A stretch of DNA of 64,000 nt from Escherichia coli (lineage in GTDB: Bacteria > Pseudomonadota > Gammaproteobacteria > Enterobacterales > Enterobacteriaceae). The notes under the pieces were generated by a model that ran no database searches, was not told where the DNA came from, and saw only the letters and a program-made list of their open reading frames with translations. Location: assembly GCF_011045215.1 (NCBI RefSeq), contig NZ_CP049201.1; one strand, given 5' to 3'. Both the position numbers and the translations under genes were made by a program. Below, one piece after another: positions 1-9,689 of this stretch. Position 1 is the stretch's first letter, and each line of letters begins with the position of its first letter.

Positions 1-577
1 TGTTGGCGACGGCCAGCGCGTTGGTTTCATGCCCGGCGTTGACGGTGCGTTTGAAGTCGCTGGCGGAGATATTGTTTTTGGCGAAGACGTAGTAGCCGGG
101 GACGAGGAAGCCAGAGGTGGAGTTAGGATCGCCATTGCCGAAGGTGAGATCTTTCCGCTTCGCCAGCAGATCGCTCAGGTTGTTGATCGGGCTGTCTTTG
201 TTGACGATTAACACGCTCCAGTAACCCGGCGATCCATCCGCCGCGACGGTCTGAGCGAAGACCTGACCGTTGGCGCGATCCACTGCTTCCATCGCCGACA
301 GGTTGCCGTACCAGGCGATATCCACTTTGTTGAAACGCATTCCCTGGATAATGCCCGCGTAGTCCGGGGCAAAGAAGGCGTTGACCTTCACGCCCAGCTT
401 CTTCTCCATATCCTGTAAAAACGGCGTCCATTGCGGTTTCAGGTTTTGCTGTGATTCCGTTGAAATAATGCCGAAATTCAGCGCCTTTTCCTGCTCTTCG
501 GCGTGCGCCGGGCTAAACAGGGTGCTGAGGCTGAACATGCTGGTGAAGGCCAGCGAGGCAATTATCTTAGCGTTCAT
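1..577 (-). CDS. phnD: Phosphonate ABC transporter periplasmic binding protein PhnD (N-terminal ~192 codons; the 3' end runs off the window)
   Basis: The minus-strand frame is open from the ATG (rc of 575-577) to the window edge. The translation starts MNAKIIASLAFTSMFSLSTL..AEEQEKALNFGIISTE, which matches E. coli PhnD as I remember it. It lies downstream of phnC, as in the phnCDE operon. Confidence 0.9.
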   Translation of the reverse strand, partial: MNAKIIASLAFTSMFSLSTLFSPAHAEEQEKALNFGIISTESQQNLKPQWTPFLQDMEKKLGVKVNAFFAPDYAGIIQGMRFNKVDIAWYGNLSAMEAVDRANGQVFAQTVAADGSPGYWSVLIVNKDSPINNLSDLLAKRKDLTFGNGDPNSTSGFLVPGYYVFAKNNISASDFKRTVNAGHETNALAVAN

Positions 578-601
578 TCGTTTTCCTCAATGATGGGGAT
601 G

Positions 602-1390
602 TCAGGCAGCTTTCGCGTTCTCTTCGATGCGATTAATGCTGCGGTAGAGATGGTCAAAACGTTCGTTATCAAACTGTTGGCTGCTGCCGTCGTAGAAGAC
701 GTGCCCCTGGCGCAGGGCGACGATGCGCTCGCAGTAGCGCAGGGCGTAATCCACCTGATGCAGCGTGACGACCACGGTGATGCCGTCGTTCTGGTTGATG
801 TCGCGCAGGGTGTCCATCACGATGCGCGCCGATTCCGGGTCCAGCGAGGCGATCGGTTCGTCGGCGAGAATCACCTTCGCCTGCTGCATTAGCGCGCGGG
901 CAATCGCTACACGCTGTTGCTGACCGCCGGAGAGGGTGGAAACGCGCTGATGGGCAAAATGCACCATGCCAACGCGGGTCAGCGCCTGTAACGCGCGCTG
1001 TTTCTGCTCGCGGGTGAACCAACTAAAACAGGTGCGCCAGAACGGCGTGCTGCCGAGCGCCCCAATCAGCACGTTCTCCAGTACGCTCAGGCGATTCACC
1101 AGGTTGAATTGTTGGAAGATGTAGCCGGTGTTGGCGCGGCTTTTGCGGATATCGTGGGCCAGGCGGCCTTCGCGCTGGACAGTGCGGCCCAGTAGCTCGA
1201 TATGGCTACCGGCGGATTTATCGCCGGTAATCAAACCGCTTAAATGACGTAAAAGGGTGGATTTGCCGGAACCGGACGGCCCCAGCAGAGCCACCATTTC
1301 ACCGTGATGAATGTTCAGATCAACCGCGTGCAGCGCCTGATGCTGATTAAAGGTTTTGGCGAGCTTCTCGACACGGATAATCGTTTGCAT
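602..1390 (-). CDS. phnC: Phosphonate ABC transporter ATP-binding protein PhnC
   Basis: 262-aa ORF with Walker [13 protein letters not shown] signature LSGGQQQRV and Walker B ILADEP. The synteny matches K-12. Confidence 0.95.
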   Translation of the reverse strand: MQTIIRVEKLAKTFNQHQALHAVDLNIHHGEMVALLGPSGSGKSTLLRHLSGLITGDKSAGSHIELLGRTVQREGRLAHDIRKSRANTGYIFQQFNLVNRLSVLENVLIGALGSTPFWRTCFSWFTREQKQRALQALTRVGMVHFAHQRVSTLSGGQQQRVAIARALMQQAKVILADEPIASLDPESARIVMDTLRDINQNDGITVVVTLHQVDYALRYCERIVALRQGHVFYDGSSQQFDNERFDHLYRSINRIEENAKAA

Positions 1391-1432
1391 GATGCAGCCT
1401 CCCTAAAAAAGTGGCTCCATCGTGGCGGATTA

Positions 1433-1467
1433 TTGTGACGATTTGGTTAATTAAAAGTGACTAACAG
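1433..1467 (-). promoter_or_regulatory. Putative Pho box of the phnC promoter (three 11-bp phased repeats)
   Basis: The minus strand reads CTGTTAGTCAC TTTTAATTAAC CAAATCGTCAC about 45-75 nt upstream of the phnC ATG. This resembles the CTGTCAT-N4 PhoB box periodicity, and the phn operon is known to be Pho-regulated. Confidence 0.45.
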
Positions 1468-1522
1468 ATGAAGAGTTAACGGGAATTCGATGACAGTGCG
1501 GGAGGGCGGGCCTCCCGGCGGA

Positions 1523-1966
1523 TTATTGCGTTGGTTGTTGTTTGACGACATTAATCATCCACGGTACGCCAAATTTATCGGTGACTTTGCCGAAGCCATG
1601 CGCCCAGAAAGTTTCCTGCCAGGCCATTTCGATTTTTCCGTTGGCTGCAAGATTGTCAAACCAGCGTTTTCCTTCTTCGACCTGTTGCGAATCGAGCACC
1701 AGCGTAAAACCGGAGTAGCTGGCTTTTCCTGACGGTATAGCATCGCTCATCATGATATCGCTTCCGGCAATACGCACATTGGCGTGGGCGATGGCGGTAT
1801 CGGGAAATTGCATTCCGGAAGGGCAGTTCTCGGCGCTGTCCTGCGCTGATTTTGGCATTTCGCCGAAGCTGATTTTATAGAGCAGTTCAGCGCCCAACGT
1901 ACGTTGATAATAAGCAATTGCGTCGGCACAGTTACCGGCAAAAGAGAGGTAGGGACTTAACGGCAT
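1523..1966 (-). CDS. yjdN: PhnB/YjdN family (glyoxalase-fold) protein
   Basis: I use the internal ATG at 1966 (MPLSPYLSFAGNCADAIAYYQ...), which gives 147 aa as in K-12 YjdN. The longer 180-aa ORF upstream runs into a REP element. Confidence 0.9.
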   Translation of the reverse strand: MPLSPYLSFAGNCADAIAYYQRTLGAELLYKISFGEMPKSAQDSAENCPSGMQFPDTAIAHANVRIAGSDIMMSDAIPSGKASYSGFTLVLDSQQVEEGKRWFDNLAANGKIEMAWQETFWAHGFGKVTDKFGVPWMINVVKQQPTQ

Positions 1967-2031
1967 GATGGTGACCTCAGTTAAGAGAAGCCAGTTAAGT
2001 GTAGTTCGAAATTTGTACAGGTGAGGGGGAG

Positions 2032-2110
<79 letters not shown>

Positions 2111-2124
2111 CGATCACAATACAA

Positions 2125-2460
2125 TCAGTTCTTTTTCACGAACTCAGATTTCAGTTTCATCGGACCAAAACCGTCGATTTTGCAATCGATGTTATGGTCG
2201 CCTTCAACCAGGCGGATGTTTTTCACTTTGGTGCCAATTTTCAGCATCGAAGAGCTACCTTTCACCTTCAGATCTTTAATGATGGTAACGCTGTCGCCGT
2301 CAGCCAGCAGATTGCCGTTAGCATCTTTAACGATCAGCTCGTCGCTTTCCTGTGCAGGTTCTGCGTCGTTCCATTCGTAGGCACATTCCGGGCAGATGTA
2401 CATGCCGTTATCTTCGTAGGTGTATTCGGAATTGCATTTTGGGCAGTGTGGTAATGACAT
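2125..2460 (-). CDS. yjdM: Zinc-ribbon protein YjdM (PhnA)
   Basis: 111 aa from the ATG at 2460: [30 protein letters not shown] (CxxC..CxxC), matching K-12 YjdM. Confidence 0.95.
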
Positions 2461-2861
2461 GTGGATTTCCTCAAAAGTCAGCAGGGCAAAAGCGCCAAAA
2501 AACGGCAGATTGCCGAAAAAGGCCGCAATTATACACAAAATCCCTGAGTTTGTCGGGGGTACTGCTGATTTTAGACGACGATCGTTTTCATTTGAAAGGA
2601 AACGCAAAAAGAAAATAATCTTTTTGCCTCCATTTATTATTTAAGATAAGGTTAATGCTCTACTTGTTCTTTTTTTTATTCACATGATATTTTTATCTTT
2701 CTGACGTTTTAAACGTATCGGAAGATGTTATTTATTCTAATAAAAAACAACACTCTAAATATAAAATTATTTCTTGCAGTAATTATAAAAGCCGAAAACA
2801 GAACTCAAAAACAATCTGGCTAAATAAAAGTAATAAAATTTGCTTTAAGGAAGAATTTTCT

Positions 2862-5099
2862 ATGTACACACAGACCCTGTATGAGTTAAGTCAGGAGTCT
2901 GAACGCCTGTTACAGCTTTCTCGCCAACAGTTGCAGTTACTGGAAAAAATGCCTCTCTCTGTACCCGGAGACGATGCGCCACAACGGGCTTTACCCTGGA
3001 GTCAGCCTAATATCGCCGAGCGTCACGCGATGCTGAATAATGAGTTGCGTAAAATTTCCCGACTGGAAATGGTGCTGGCGATTGTCGGTACTATGAAAGC
3101 AGGGAAATCAACCACCATTAATGCCATTGTTGGTACGGAGGTACTGCCTAATCGCAATCGCCCAATGACTGCGCTGCCGACGCTTATTCGCCATACGCCC
3201 GGGCAAAAAGAACCGGTACTGCATTTTTCACATGTCGCACCAATCGATTGTTTAATTCAAAAATTACAACAGCGCCTGCGTGATTGCGATATTAAGCATC
3301 TGACCGATGTGCTGGAAATAGATAAAGATATGCGTGCGCTTATGCAGCGGATCGAAAATGGCGTCGCTTTCGAAAAATATTATCTGGGTGCCCAGCCTAT
3401 TTTTCATTGTCTGAAAAGTTTGAATGATTTAGTGCGACTGGCGAAGGCGCTGGACGTCGATTTTCCTTTTTCTGCTTACGCCGCCATTGAGCATATTCCC
3501 GTGATTGAAGTGGAGTTTGTCCATCTGGCGGGGCTGGAGAGTTATCCCGGTCAGTTGACGTTACTGGATACCCCCGGGCCAAATGAAGCCGGGCAACCGC
3601 ATCTGCAAAAAATGCTTAACCAGCAGCTGGCTCGCGCCTCGGCGGTACTGGCGGTGCTGGCGGTGCTGGATTATACGCAACTGAAATCGATCTCCGATGA
3701 AGAGGTCCGTGAGGCGATTTTGGCGGTGGGGCAATCGGTGCCGCTGTATGTGCTGGTCAATAAGTTCGATCAACAGGATCGTAACAGTGACGACGCCGAC
3801 CAGGTGCGGGCACTGATTTCCGGGACGCTGATGAAAGGCTGTATTACGCCACAGCAGATATTTCCGGTGTCGTCGATGTGGGGCTACCTGGCAAATCGGG
3901 CGCGCCATGAGTTAGCCAACAACGGTAAGTTACCAGCGCCAGAGCAACAACGCTGGGTGGAAGATTTTGCCCATGCCGCGCTCGGCAGGCGCTGGCGTCA
4001 TGCCGATCTGGCGGACCTCGAACATATTCGTCATGCTGCCGATCAGTTGTGGGAAGATTCGCTGTTCGCCCAGCCAATTCAGATGTTGCTTCATGCCGCT
4101 TACGCTAACGCCTCGTTGTATGCTCTGCGATCTGCCGCGCATAAACTGTTGAATTACGCGCAGCAGGCGCGGGAATACCTGGATTTTCGTGCGCACGGGT
4201 TAAACGTCGCTTGTGAACAATTGCGGCAAAATATCCACCAGATCGAAGAAAGTTTGCAGCTATTGCAACTCAATCAGGCGCAGGTGAGCGGCGAGATTAA
4301 ACATGAAATCGAGCTGGCCCTGACCTCCGCCAACCACTTTCTGCGTCAACAGCAAGATGCGCTGAAGGTGCAGTTAGCCGCCTTGTTTCAGGATGATTCG
4401 GAGCCGTTAAGCGAGATTCGTACCCGCTGTGAGACACTGTTACAGACGGCGCAGAACACCATCAGTCGCGACTTTACGCTGCGTTTTGCCGAGCTTGAAT
4501 CCACCCTTTGCCGGGTGTTAACCGATGTTATTCGCCCCATTGAGCAACAAGTCAAAATGGAATTGAGCGAGTCAGGGTTTCGTCCTGGGTTTCATTTTCC
4601 TGTTTTTCACGGCGTAGTTCCCCACTTCAACACTCGCCAGCTGTTCAGTGAAGTCATTTCGCGCCAGGAAGCAACGGACGAGCAGAGCACGCGTTTAGGC
4701 GTTGTGCGTGAGACTTTTTCGCGCTGGTTGAATCAGCCTGACTGGGGACGGGGAAATGAGAAATCCCCGACAGAAACGGTTGATTACAGTGTGTTGCAAG
4801 GAGCATTAAGCGCAGAAGTCGATCTTTATTGCCAACAAATGGCTAAAGTTCTGGCAGAGCAGGTCGATGAATCTGTTACGGCAGGCATGAATACTTTTTT
4901 CGCTGAGTTCGCTTCATGTTTGACGGAATTACAGACGCGTTTACGCGAAAGTCTGGCTCTGCGTCAACAAAATGAATCGGTGGTCAGGCTGATGCAACAG
5001 CAATTGCAGCAGACTGTGATGACTCACGGCTGGATTTACACCGACGCTCAGCTGTTACGCGATGATATTCAAACACTTTTCACGGCAGAACGATATTGA
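2862..5099 (+). CDS. crfC: Dynamin-like GTPase CrfC (YjdA)
   Basis: 745-aa ORF with the P-loop GTMKAGKST and a long coiled-coil C-terminal half. The synteny is as in K-12. It carries one extra 9-bp repeat unit (see findings). Confidence 0.9.
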   Translation: MYTQTLYELSQESERLLQLSRQQLQLLEKMPLSVPGDDAPQRALPWSQPNIAERHAMLNNELRKISRLEMVLAIVGTMKAGKSTTINAIVGTEVLPNRNRPMTALPTLIRHTPGQKEPVLHFSHVAPIDCLIQKLQQRLRDCDIKHLTDVLEIDKDMRALMQRIENGVAFEKYYLGAQPIFHCLKSLNDLVRLAKALDVDFPFSAYAAIEHIPVIEVEFVHLAGLESYPGQLTLLDTPGPNEAGQPHLQKMLNQQLARASAVLAVLAVLDYTQLKSISDEEVREAILAVGQSVPLYVLVNKFDQQDRNSDDADQVRALISGTLMKGCITPQQIFPVSSMWGYLANRARHELANNGKLPAPEQQRWVEDFAHAALGRRWRHADLADLEHIRHAADQLWEDSLFAQPIQMLLHAAYANASLYALRSAAHKLLNYAQQAREYLDFRAHGLNVACEQLRQNIHQIEESLQLLQLNQAQVSGEIKHEIELALTSANHFLRQQQDALKVQLAALFQDDSEPLSEIRTRCETLLQTAQNTISRDFTLRFAELESTLCRVLTDVIRPIEQQVKMELSESGFRPGFHFPVFHGVVPHFNTRQLFSEVISRQEATDEQSTRLGVVRETFSRWLNQPDWGRGNEKSPTETVDYSVLQGALSAEVDLYCQQMAKVLAEQVDESVTAGMNTFFAEFASCLTELQTRLRESLALRQQNESVVRLMQQQLQQTVMTHGWIYTDAQLLRDDIQTLFTAERY

Positions 5100-5974
5100 C
5101 CAAGACGTTACTGGACGGCCCCGGTCGCGTGCTGGAGTCGGTTTATCCCCGCTTTTTAGTGGATCTGGCGCAGGGCGATGATGCCCGCCTTCCACAAGCC
5201 CATCAGCAGCAGTTTCGTGAACGACTGATGCAGGAACTTCTTGCGCGCGTGCAGCTTCAGACATGGACGAACGGCGGCATGTTAAATGCGCCGCTTAGCC
5301 TGCGTCTGACATTGGTGGAAAAACTGGCGTCGATGCTGGATCCCGGTCATCTGGCACTGACGCAGATCGCGCAGCATCTGGCGCTGCTGCAAAAAATGGA
5401 TTACCGCCAGCACTCTGCTTTCCCGGAGCTCCCCCAGCAAATTGCCGCCTTGTATGAGTGGTTTTCAGCCCGTTGTCGCTGGAAGGAAAAGGCGTTAACG
5501 CAACGAGGCCTACTGGTGCAGGCGGGTGAACAGAGCGAGCAAATTTTTACCCGCTGGCGTGCTGGGGCGTATAACGCCTGGTCGTTACCTGGGCGCTGTT
5601 TTATCGTTCTCGAAGAGTTGCGTTGGGGGGCATTTGGCGATGCCTGTCGTCTGGGAAGCCCGCAAGCGGTGGCGTTGTTGCTGGGTGATTTGCGCGTGAA
5701 AGCGACACAACATCTGGCAGAGAGTATCAATGCGGCCCCGACCACGCGTCACTATTACCATCAGTGGTTTGCCTCTTCGACCGTTCCGACGGGCGGGGAT
5801 CATGCTGATTTTTTAAGTTGGCTGGGAAAGTGGACCACGGCAGATAAACAACCCGTTTGCTGGTCAGTGACCCAACGCTGGCAAACTGTCGCGCTGGGGA
5901 TGCCACGACTCTGTTCAGCGCAGCGTCTGGCGGGGGCAATGCTCGAGGAAATCTTCTCTGTAAATTTGGTGTAA
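5096..5974 (+). CDS. yjcZ: YjcZ family protein (CrfC partner)
   Basis: 292-aa ORF with a TTG start that overlaps the crfC stop (TTGA), starting MTKTLLDGPGRVLESVYPRF as in K-12 YjcZ. Confidence 0.85.
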   Translation: MTKTLLDGPGRVLESVYPRFLVDLAQGDDARLPQAHQQQFRERLMQELLARVQLQTWTNGGMLNAPLSLRLTLVEKLASMLDPGHLALTQIAQHLALLQKMDYRQHSAFPELPQQIAALYEWFSARCRWKEKALTQRGLLVQAGEQSEQIFTRWRAGAYNAWSLPGRCFIVLEELRWGAFGDACRLGSPQAVALLLGDLRVKATQHLAESINAAPTTRHYYHQWFASSTVPTGGDHADFLSWLGKWTTADKQPVCWSVTQRWQTVALGMPRLCSAQRLAGAMLEEIFSVNLV

Positions 5975-6237
5975 ATAATCAGTTACATCAATGAGTCCTA
6001 AACGAAATCCATGTGTGAAGTTGATCACAAATTTAAACGCTGGTAGGGTAAAAAGGTCATTAACTGCCCAATTCAGGCGTCAACTGGTTTGATTGTACAT
6101 TCCTTAACCGGAGGGTGTAAGCAAACCCGCTACGCTTGTTACAGAGATTGCATCCTGCAATTCCCGCTCCCCTTTTGCGGCCGTCGCGCTGATTTTTCTG
6201 GCGTTTGCGGAAATGGGCCAACTCTGCGAGGAAAGCT

Positions 6238-7740
6238 ATGCTGAAAAGGAAAAAAGTAAAACCGATTACCCTTCGTGATGTCACCATTATTGATGACGGT
6301 AAACTGCGTAAAGCCATTACCGCAGCATCACTGGGTAATGCAATGGAATGGTTTGATTTTGGTGTTTATGGTTTTGTTGCTTACGCATTAGGTAAAGTTT
6401 TTTTCCCGGGGGCTGACCCCAGCGTGCAGATGGTTGCTGCACTTGCCACTTTCTCCGTTCCCTTTCTGATTCGACCGCTTGGCGGACTCTTCTTTGGTAT
6501 GTTGGGCGATAAATATGGTCGCCAGAAGATCCTCGCTATCACTATTGTGATTATGTCGATCAGTACGTTCTGTATTGGCTTAATACCGTCCTACGACACG
6601 ATTGGTATTTGGGCACCGATTCTGCTGTTGATCTGTAAGATGGCACAAGGTTTCTCGGTCGGCGGTGAATATACCGGGGCGTCGATATTTGTTGCGGAAT
6701 ACTCCCCTGACCGTAAACGTGGCTTTATGGGCAGCTGGCTGGACTTCGGTTCTATTGCCGGGTTTGTGCTGGGTGCGGGCGTGGTGGTGTTAATTTCGAC
6801 CATTGTCGGCGAAGCGAACTTCCTCGACTGGGGCTGGCGTATTCCGTTCTTTATTGCTCTGCCGTTAGGGATTATCGGGCTTTACCTGCGCCATGCGCTG
6901 GAAGAAACTCCGGCGTTCCAGCAGCATGTTGATAAACTGGAACAGGGCGACCGCGAAGGTTTGCAGGATGGCCCGAAAGTCTCGTTTAAAGAGATTGCCA
7001 CTAAATACTGGCGCAGCCTGTTGACATGTATTGGTCTGGTAATTGCCACCAACGTGACTTACTACATGTTGCTGACCTATATGCCGAGTTATTTGTCGCA
7101 TAACCTGCATTACTCCGAAGACCACGGGGTGCTGATTATTATCGCCATTATGATCGGTATGCTGTTTGTCCAGCCGGTGATGGGCTTGCTGAGTGACCGT
7201 TTTGGCCGTCGTCCGTTTGTGCTACTTGGTAGTGTTGCACTGTTTGTGTTGGCGATCCCGGCGTTTATTCTGATTAACAGTAACGTCATCGGCCTGATTT
7301 TTGCCGGGTTACTGATGCTGGCGGTGATCCTTAACTGCTTTACGGGCGTTATGGCTTCTACCTTGCCAGCGATGTTCCCGACGCATATCCGTTACAGCGC
7401 GCTGGCGGCGGCATTTAATATTTCGGTGTTGGTTGCCGGTCTGACGCCAACACTGGCGGCCTGGCTGGTCGAAAGCTCGCAGAATCTGATGATGCCAGCC
7501 TATTACCTGATGGTAGTGGCGGTGGTTGGTTTAATCACCGGCGTAACCATGAAAGAGACGGCAAATCGTCCGTTGAAAGGTGCAACACCGGCGGCGTCAG
7601 ATATACAGGAAGCGAAGGAAATTCTCGTCGAGCATTACGATAATATCGAGCAGAAAATCGATGATATTGACCACGAGATTGCCGATTTGCAGGCGAAACG
7701 TACCCGCCTGGTGCAGCAACATCCGCGAATTGATGAATAA
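6238..7740 (+). CDS. proP: Osmosensing proline/glycine betaine:H+ symporter ProP (MFS)
   Basis: 500 aa from the ATG at 6238 (MLKRKKVKPITLRDVTIIDDG...). It has a 12-TM MFS pattern and the C-terminal coiled coil DIDHEIADLQAKRTRL. Confidence 0.95.
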   Translation: MLKRKKVKPITLRDVTIIDDGKLRKAITAASLGNAMEWFDFGVYGFVAYALGKVFFPGADPSVQMVAALATFSVPFLIRPLGGLFFGMLGDKYGRQKILAITIVIMSISTFCIGLIPSYDTIGIWAPILLLICKMAQGFSVGGEYTGASIFVAEYSPDRKRGFMGSWLDFGSIAGFVLGAGVVVLISTIVGEANFLDWGWRIPFFIALPLGIIGLYLRHALEETPAFQQHVDKLEQGDREGLQDGPKVSFKEIATKYWRSLLTCIGLVIATNVTYYMLLTYMPSYLSHNLHYSEDHGVLIIIAIMIGMLFVQPVMGLLSDRFGRRPFVLLGSVALFVLAIPAFILINSNVIGLIFAGLLMLAVILNCFTGVMASTLPAMFPTHIRYSALAAAFNISVLVAGLTPTLAAWLVESSQNLMMPAYYLMVVAVVGLITGVTMKETANRPLKGATPAASDIQEAKEILVEHYDNIEQKIDDIDHEIADLQAKRTRLVQQHPRIDE

Positions 7741-7793
7741 GCTGAAACGGATGGCCTGATGTGACGCTGTCTTATCAGACCAACAATTGAACT

Positions 7794-7810
7794 CTTAAGG
7801 TTCACTTAAT
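7794..7810 (+). promoter_or_regulatory. PmrA(BasR) box upstream of pmrR
   Basis: CTTAAG-GTTCA-CTTAAT is a direct hexamer repeat with a 5-nt spacer, 45 nt upstream of the pmrR ATG. It matches the YTTAAK-N5-YTTAAK PmrA box. Confidence 0.55.
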
Positions 7811-7854
7811 CTCTGCCGCGCATACTCTGCTCCAGGTTAACGGAGGAGAGTGCA

Positions 7855-7944
7855 ATGAAAAACCGTGTTTATGAAAGTTTAACTACCGTGTTCAGCGTGC
7901 TGGTGGTCAGCAGCTTTCTTTATATCTGGTTTGCCACGTACTGA
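7855..7944 (+). CDS. pmrR: Small membrane peptide PmrR (29 aa)
   Basis: The SD GGAGGAG is followed by an ATG at 7855, giving MKNRVYESLTTVFSVLVVSSFLYIWFATY*. The ORF is too short for the ORF track. Its 3' end overlaps the convergent basS stop region. Confidence 0.7.
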   Translation: MKNRVYESLTTVFSVLVVSSFLYIWFATY

Positions 7945-9011
7945 TCTTTCTTCAGCCGTATCCAGGCGCGCGTGCCAGAAGTCTCTTGCCGGTTTTGCAG
8001 GAAAAACTGCCCGTGATGCAACTGTGTAATGCGGCTGACAATACTTAACCCCAGACCAATCCCGCCATAACGGCTGTCCATACGTACAAACGCTTTACTC
8101 AACTCCCCGCATTTACTCTCATCAATACCCGGTCCTTCATCTTCAACGGCCATGACGGCTCCGCCATCTTCTTGCAGCTTAATCATAATGTTGCTGCCTT
8201 GCGGGCTGTAACGATGGGCATTTTCTACCAGATTTCGCAATAACATCCGCAGCAGGGTTGCATCACCCTGAACGGTGATGTCGGCGGCGCTCTCTGGCAA
8301 TAGCAGGGTTTGCTGGCGCTGGTCGAGCATAGTACTGAGTTCGTCATACGAGGGGAGAATGACATCTTCCAGCAGTTTTACATGTTGATAATTACCGGAA
8401 GAAAATGACTGTCCGGCACGCGCCAGTTGCAGCAGCTGGGAGACGCTCTCCATCATCTGATCAAGCCGTGCCACTAACGGTGCTACATCAATGTGATGCG
8501 TTTTCGCCAGCAGTTCCAGATGCAAACGCACCCCCGCCAGTGGCGTTCGCAGTTCGTGCGCGACGTCAGCGGTAAATAACCTTTCGTTATCCAGCGTGCT
8601 GGTCAGGCGACTGACCAGATCGTTCAACGCCGAAACCACCGCTTCGATTTCGAGGGTGGCGCTGTGAATGGCAATGGGCGTTAAGTTGTCGGCGGTGCGC
8701 GCTTCCAGCTCTTTTTGCAGCTCCGCCAGCGGGCGGGTGATGCGGCGTACCGCCTGATAGCAGATAAATAGCGTCAGGCTGACCATAAAGACGCCGGGGA
8801 CAATCAGGCTGGCGACCGCCTCGCGGATCTCACGCATGATGTGGCGATCGTTGTTGCGATTGTCGCGTAGCGCCTGCTCAAACAGCTGAATCTGCTCGGT
8901 ACTTTCATGCCATAGCCAGAAGACGCTGATCAGCTCAAACACCAACAAAATGGCCCCGATGGTCAATATCAGCCGTTGGCGCAGCGATATTGGTCGGCGC
9001 AGAAAACGCAT
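7920..9011 (-). CDS. basS: Sensor histidine kinase BasS (PmrB)
   Basis: 363 aa from the ATG at 9011 (MRFLRRPISLRQRL...). It has the H-box ADVAHELRTPL and the G-box DEGPGI..GGIGLGLSIV. The ORF track's TTG at 9020 is an alternative start. Confidence 0.9.
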   Translation of the reverse strand: MRFLRRPISLRQRLILTIGAILLVFELISVFWLWHESTEQIQLFEQALRDNRNNDRHIMREIREAVASLIVPGVFMVSLTLFICYQAVRRITRPLAELQKELEARTADNLTPIAIHSATLEIEAVVSALNDLVSRLTSTLDNERLFTADVAHELRTPLAGVRLHLELLAKTHHIDVAPLVARLDQMMESVSQLLQLARAGQSFSSGNYQHVKLLEDVILPSYDELSTMLDQRQQTLLLPESAADITVQGDATLLRMLLRNLVENAHRYSPQGSNIMIKLQEDGGAVMAVEDEGPGIDESKCGELSKAFVRMDSRYGGIGLGLSIVSRITQLHHGQFFLQNRQETSGTRAWIRLKKDQYVANQI

Positions 9012-9020
9012 CAGATTCAA

Positions 9021-9689
9021 TTAGTTTTCCTCATTCGCGACAAGCATATAGCCAAAGCCGCGCACGGTGCGGATACGGGCTTTGCCCACTTTGTCGCGCA
9101 GATTGTGGATATGCACTTCCAGGGTGTTGGTCGAGGGTTCATTGTCCCAGTTATAGATGTCGTTGTAGAGAATTTCCCGATGCACCGGACTGCCTGCTTT
9201 GAGCATTAACCGTGACAGCAGAGCATATTCTTTGGGCGTCAGAATCAACTCTTCACCGCCCATCCATACCTGACGGCGACCCATGTTCAGCGTCAGATTG
9301 CCAACAATCAGCTCACTTTCGCCCTGATTATTATGGCGTCGTAGCAGGGCGCGGATACGGGCGTGTAACTCTTCCAGTGCAAAAGGCTTCACCAGATAGT
9401 CATCGGCACCGACATCCAGCCCGGCGATTTTGTCAGTCAGCGTATCGCGAGCGGTGAGGATCAGTACCGGCAGGGTATATTTTTTCTGCCGGATACGGGC
9501 GAGAAAATGCAGTCCATCTTCGTCGGGTAACCCTAAATCCAGTACCACCAGGCTGTAATGACCTGCCTCAAGGCTTTGTTCCGCCATCCGCGCGGTTGTC
9601 ACGCCATCGCACGCGTAGCCTTCGGTTTGCGCCGCCAGAATCAGTCCCTGCAATAACAGCGTATCGTCTTCAACAATCAGAATTTTCAT
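9021..9689 (-). CDS. basR: OmpR-family response regulator BasR (PmrA)
   Basis: 222 aa starting [16 protein letters not shown], with a receiver domain (DLGLPDEDG) and a winged-helix C-terminus. Confidence 0.95.
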   Translation of the reverse strand: MKILIVEDDTLLLQGLILAAQTEGYACDGVTTARMAEQSLEAGHYSLVVLDLGLPDEDGLHFLARIRQKKYTLPVLILTARDTLTDKIAGLDVGADDYLVKPFALEELHARIRALLRRHNNQGESELIVGNLTLNMGRRQVWMGGEELILTPKEYALLSRLMLKAGSPVHREILYNDIYNWDNEPSTNTLEVHIHNLRDKVGKARIRTVRGFGYMLVANEEN

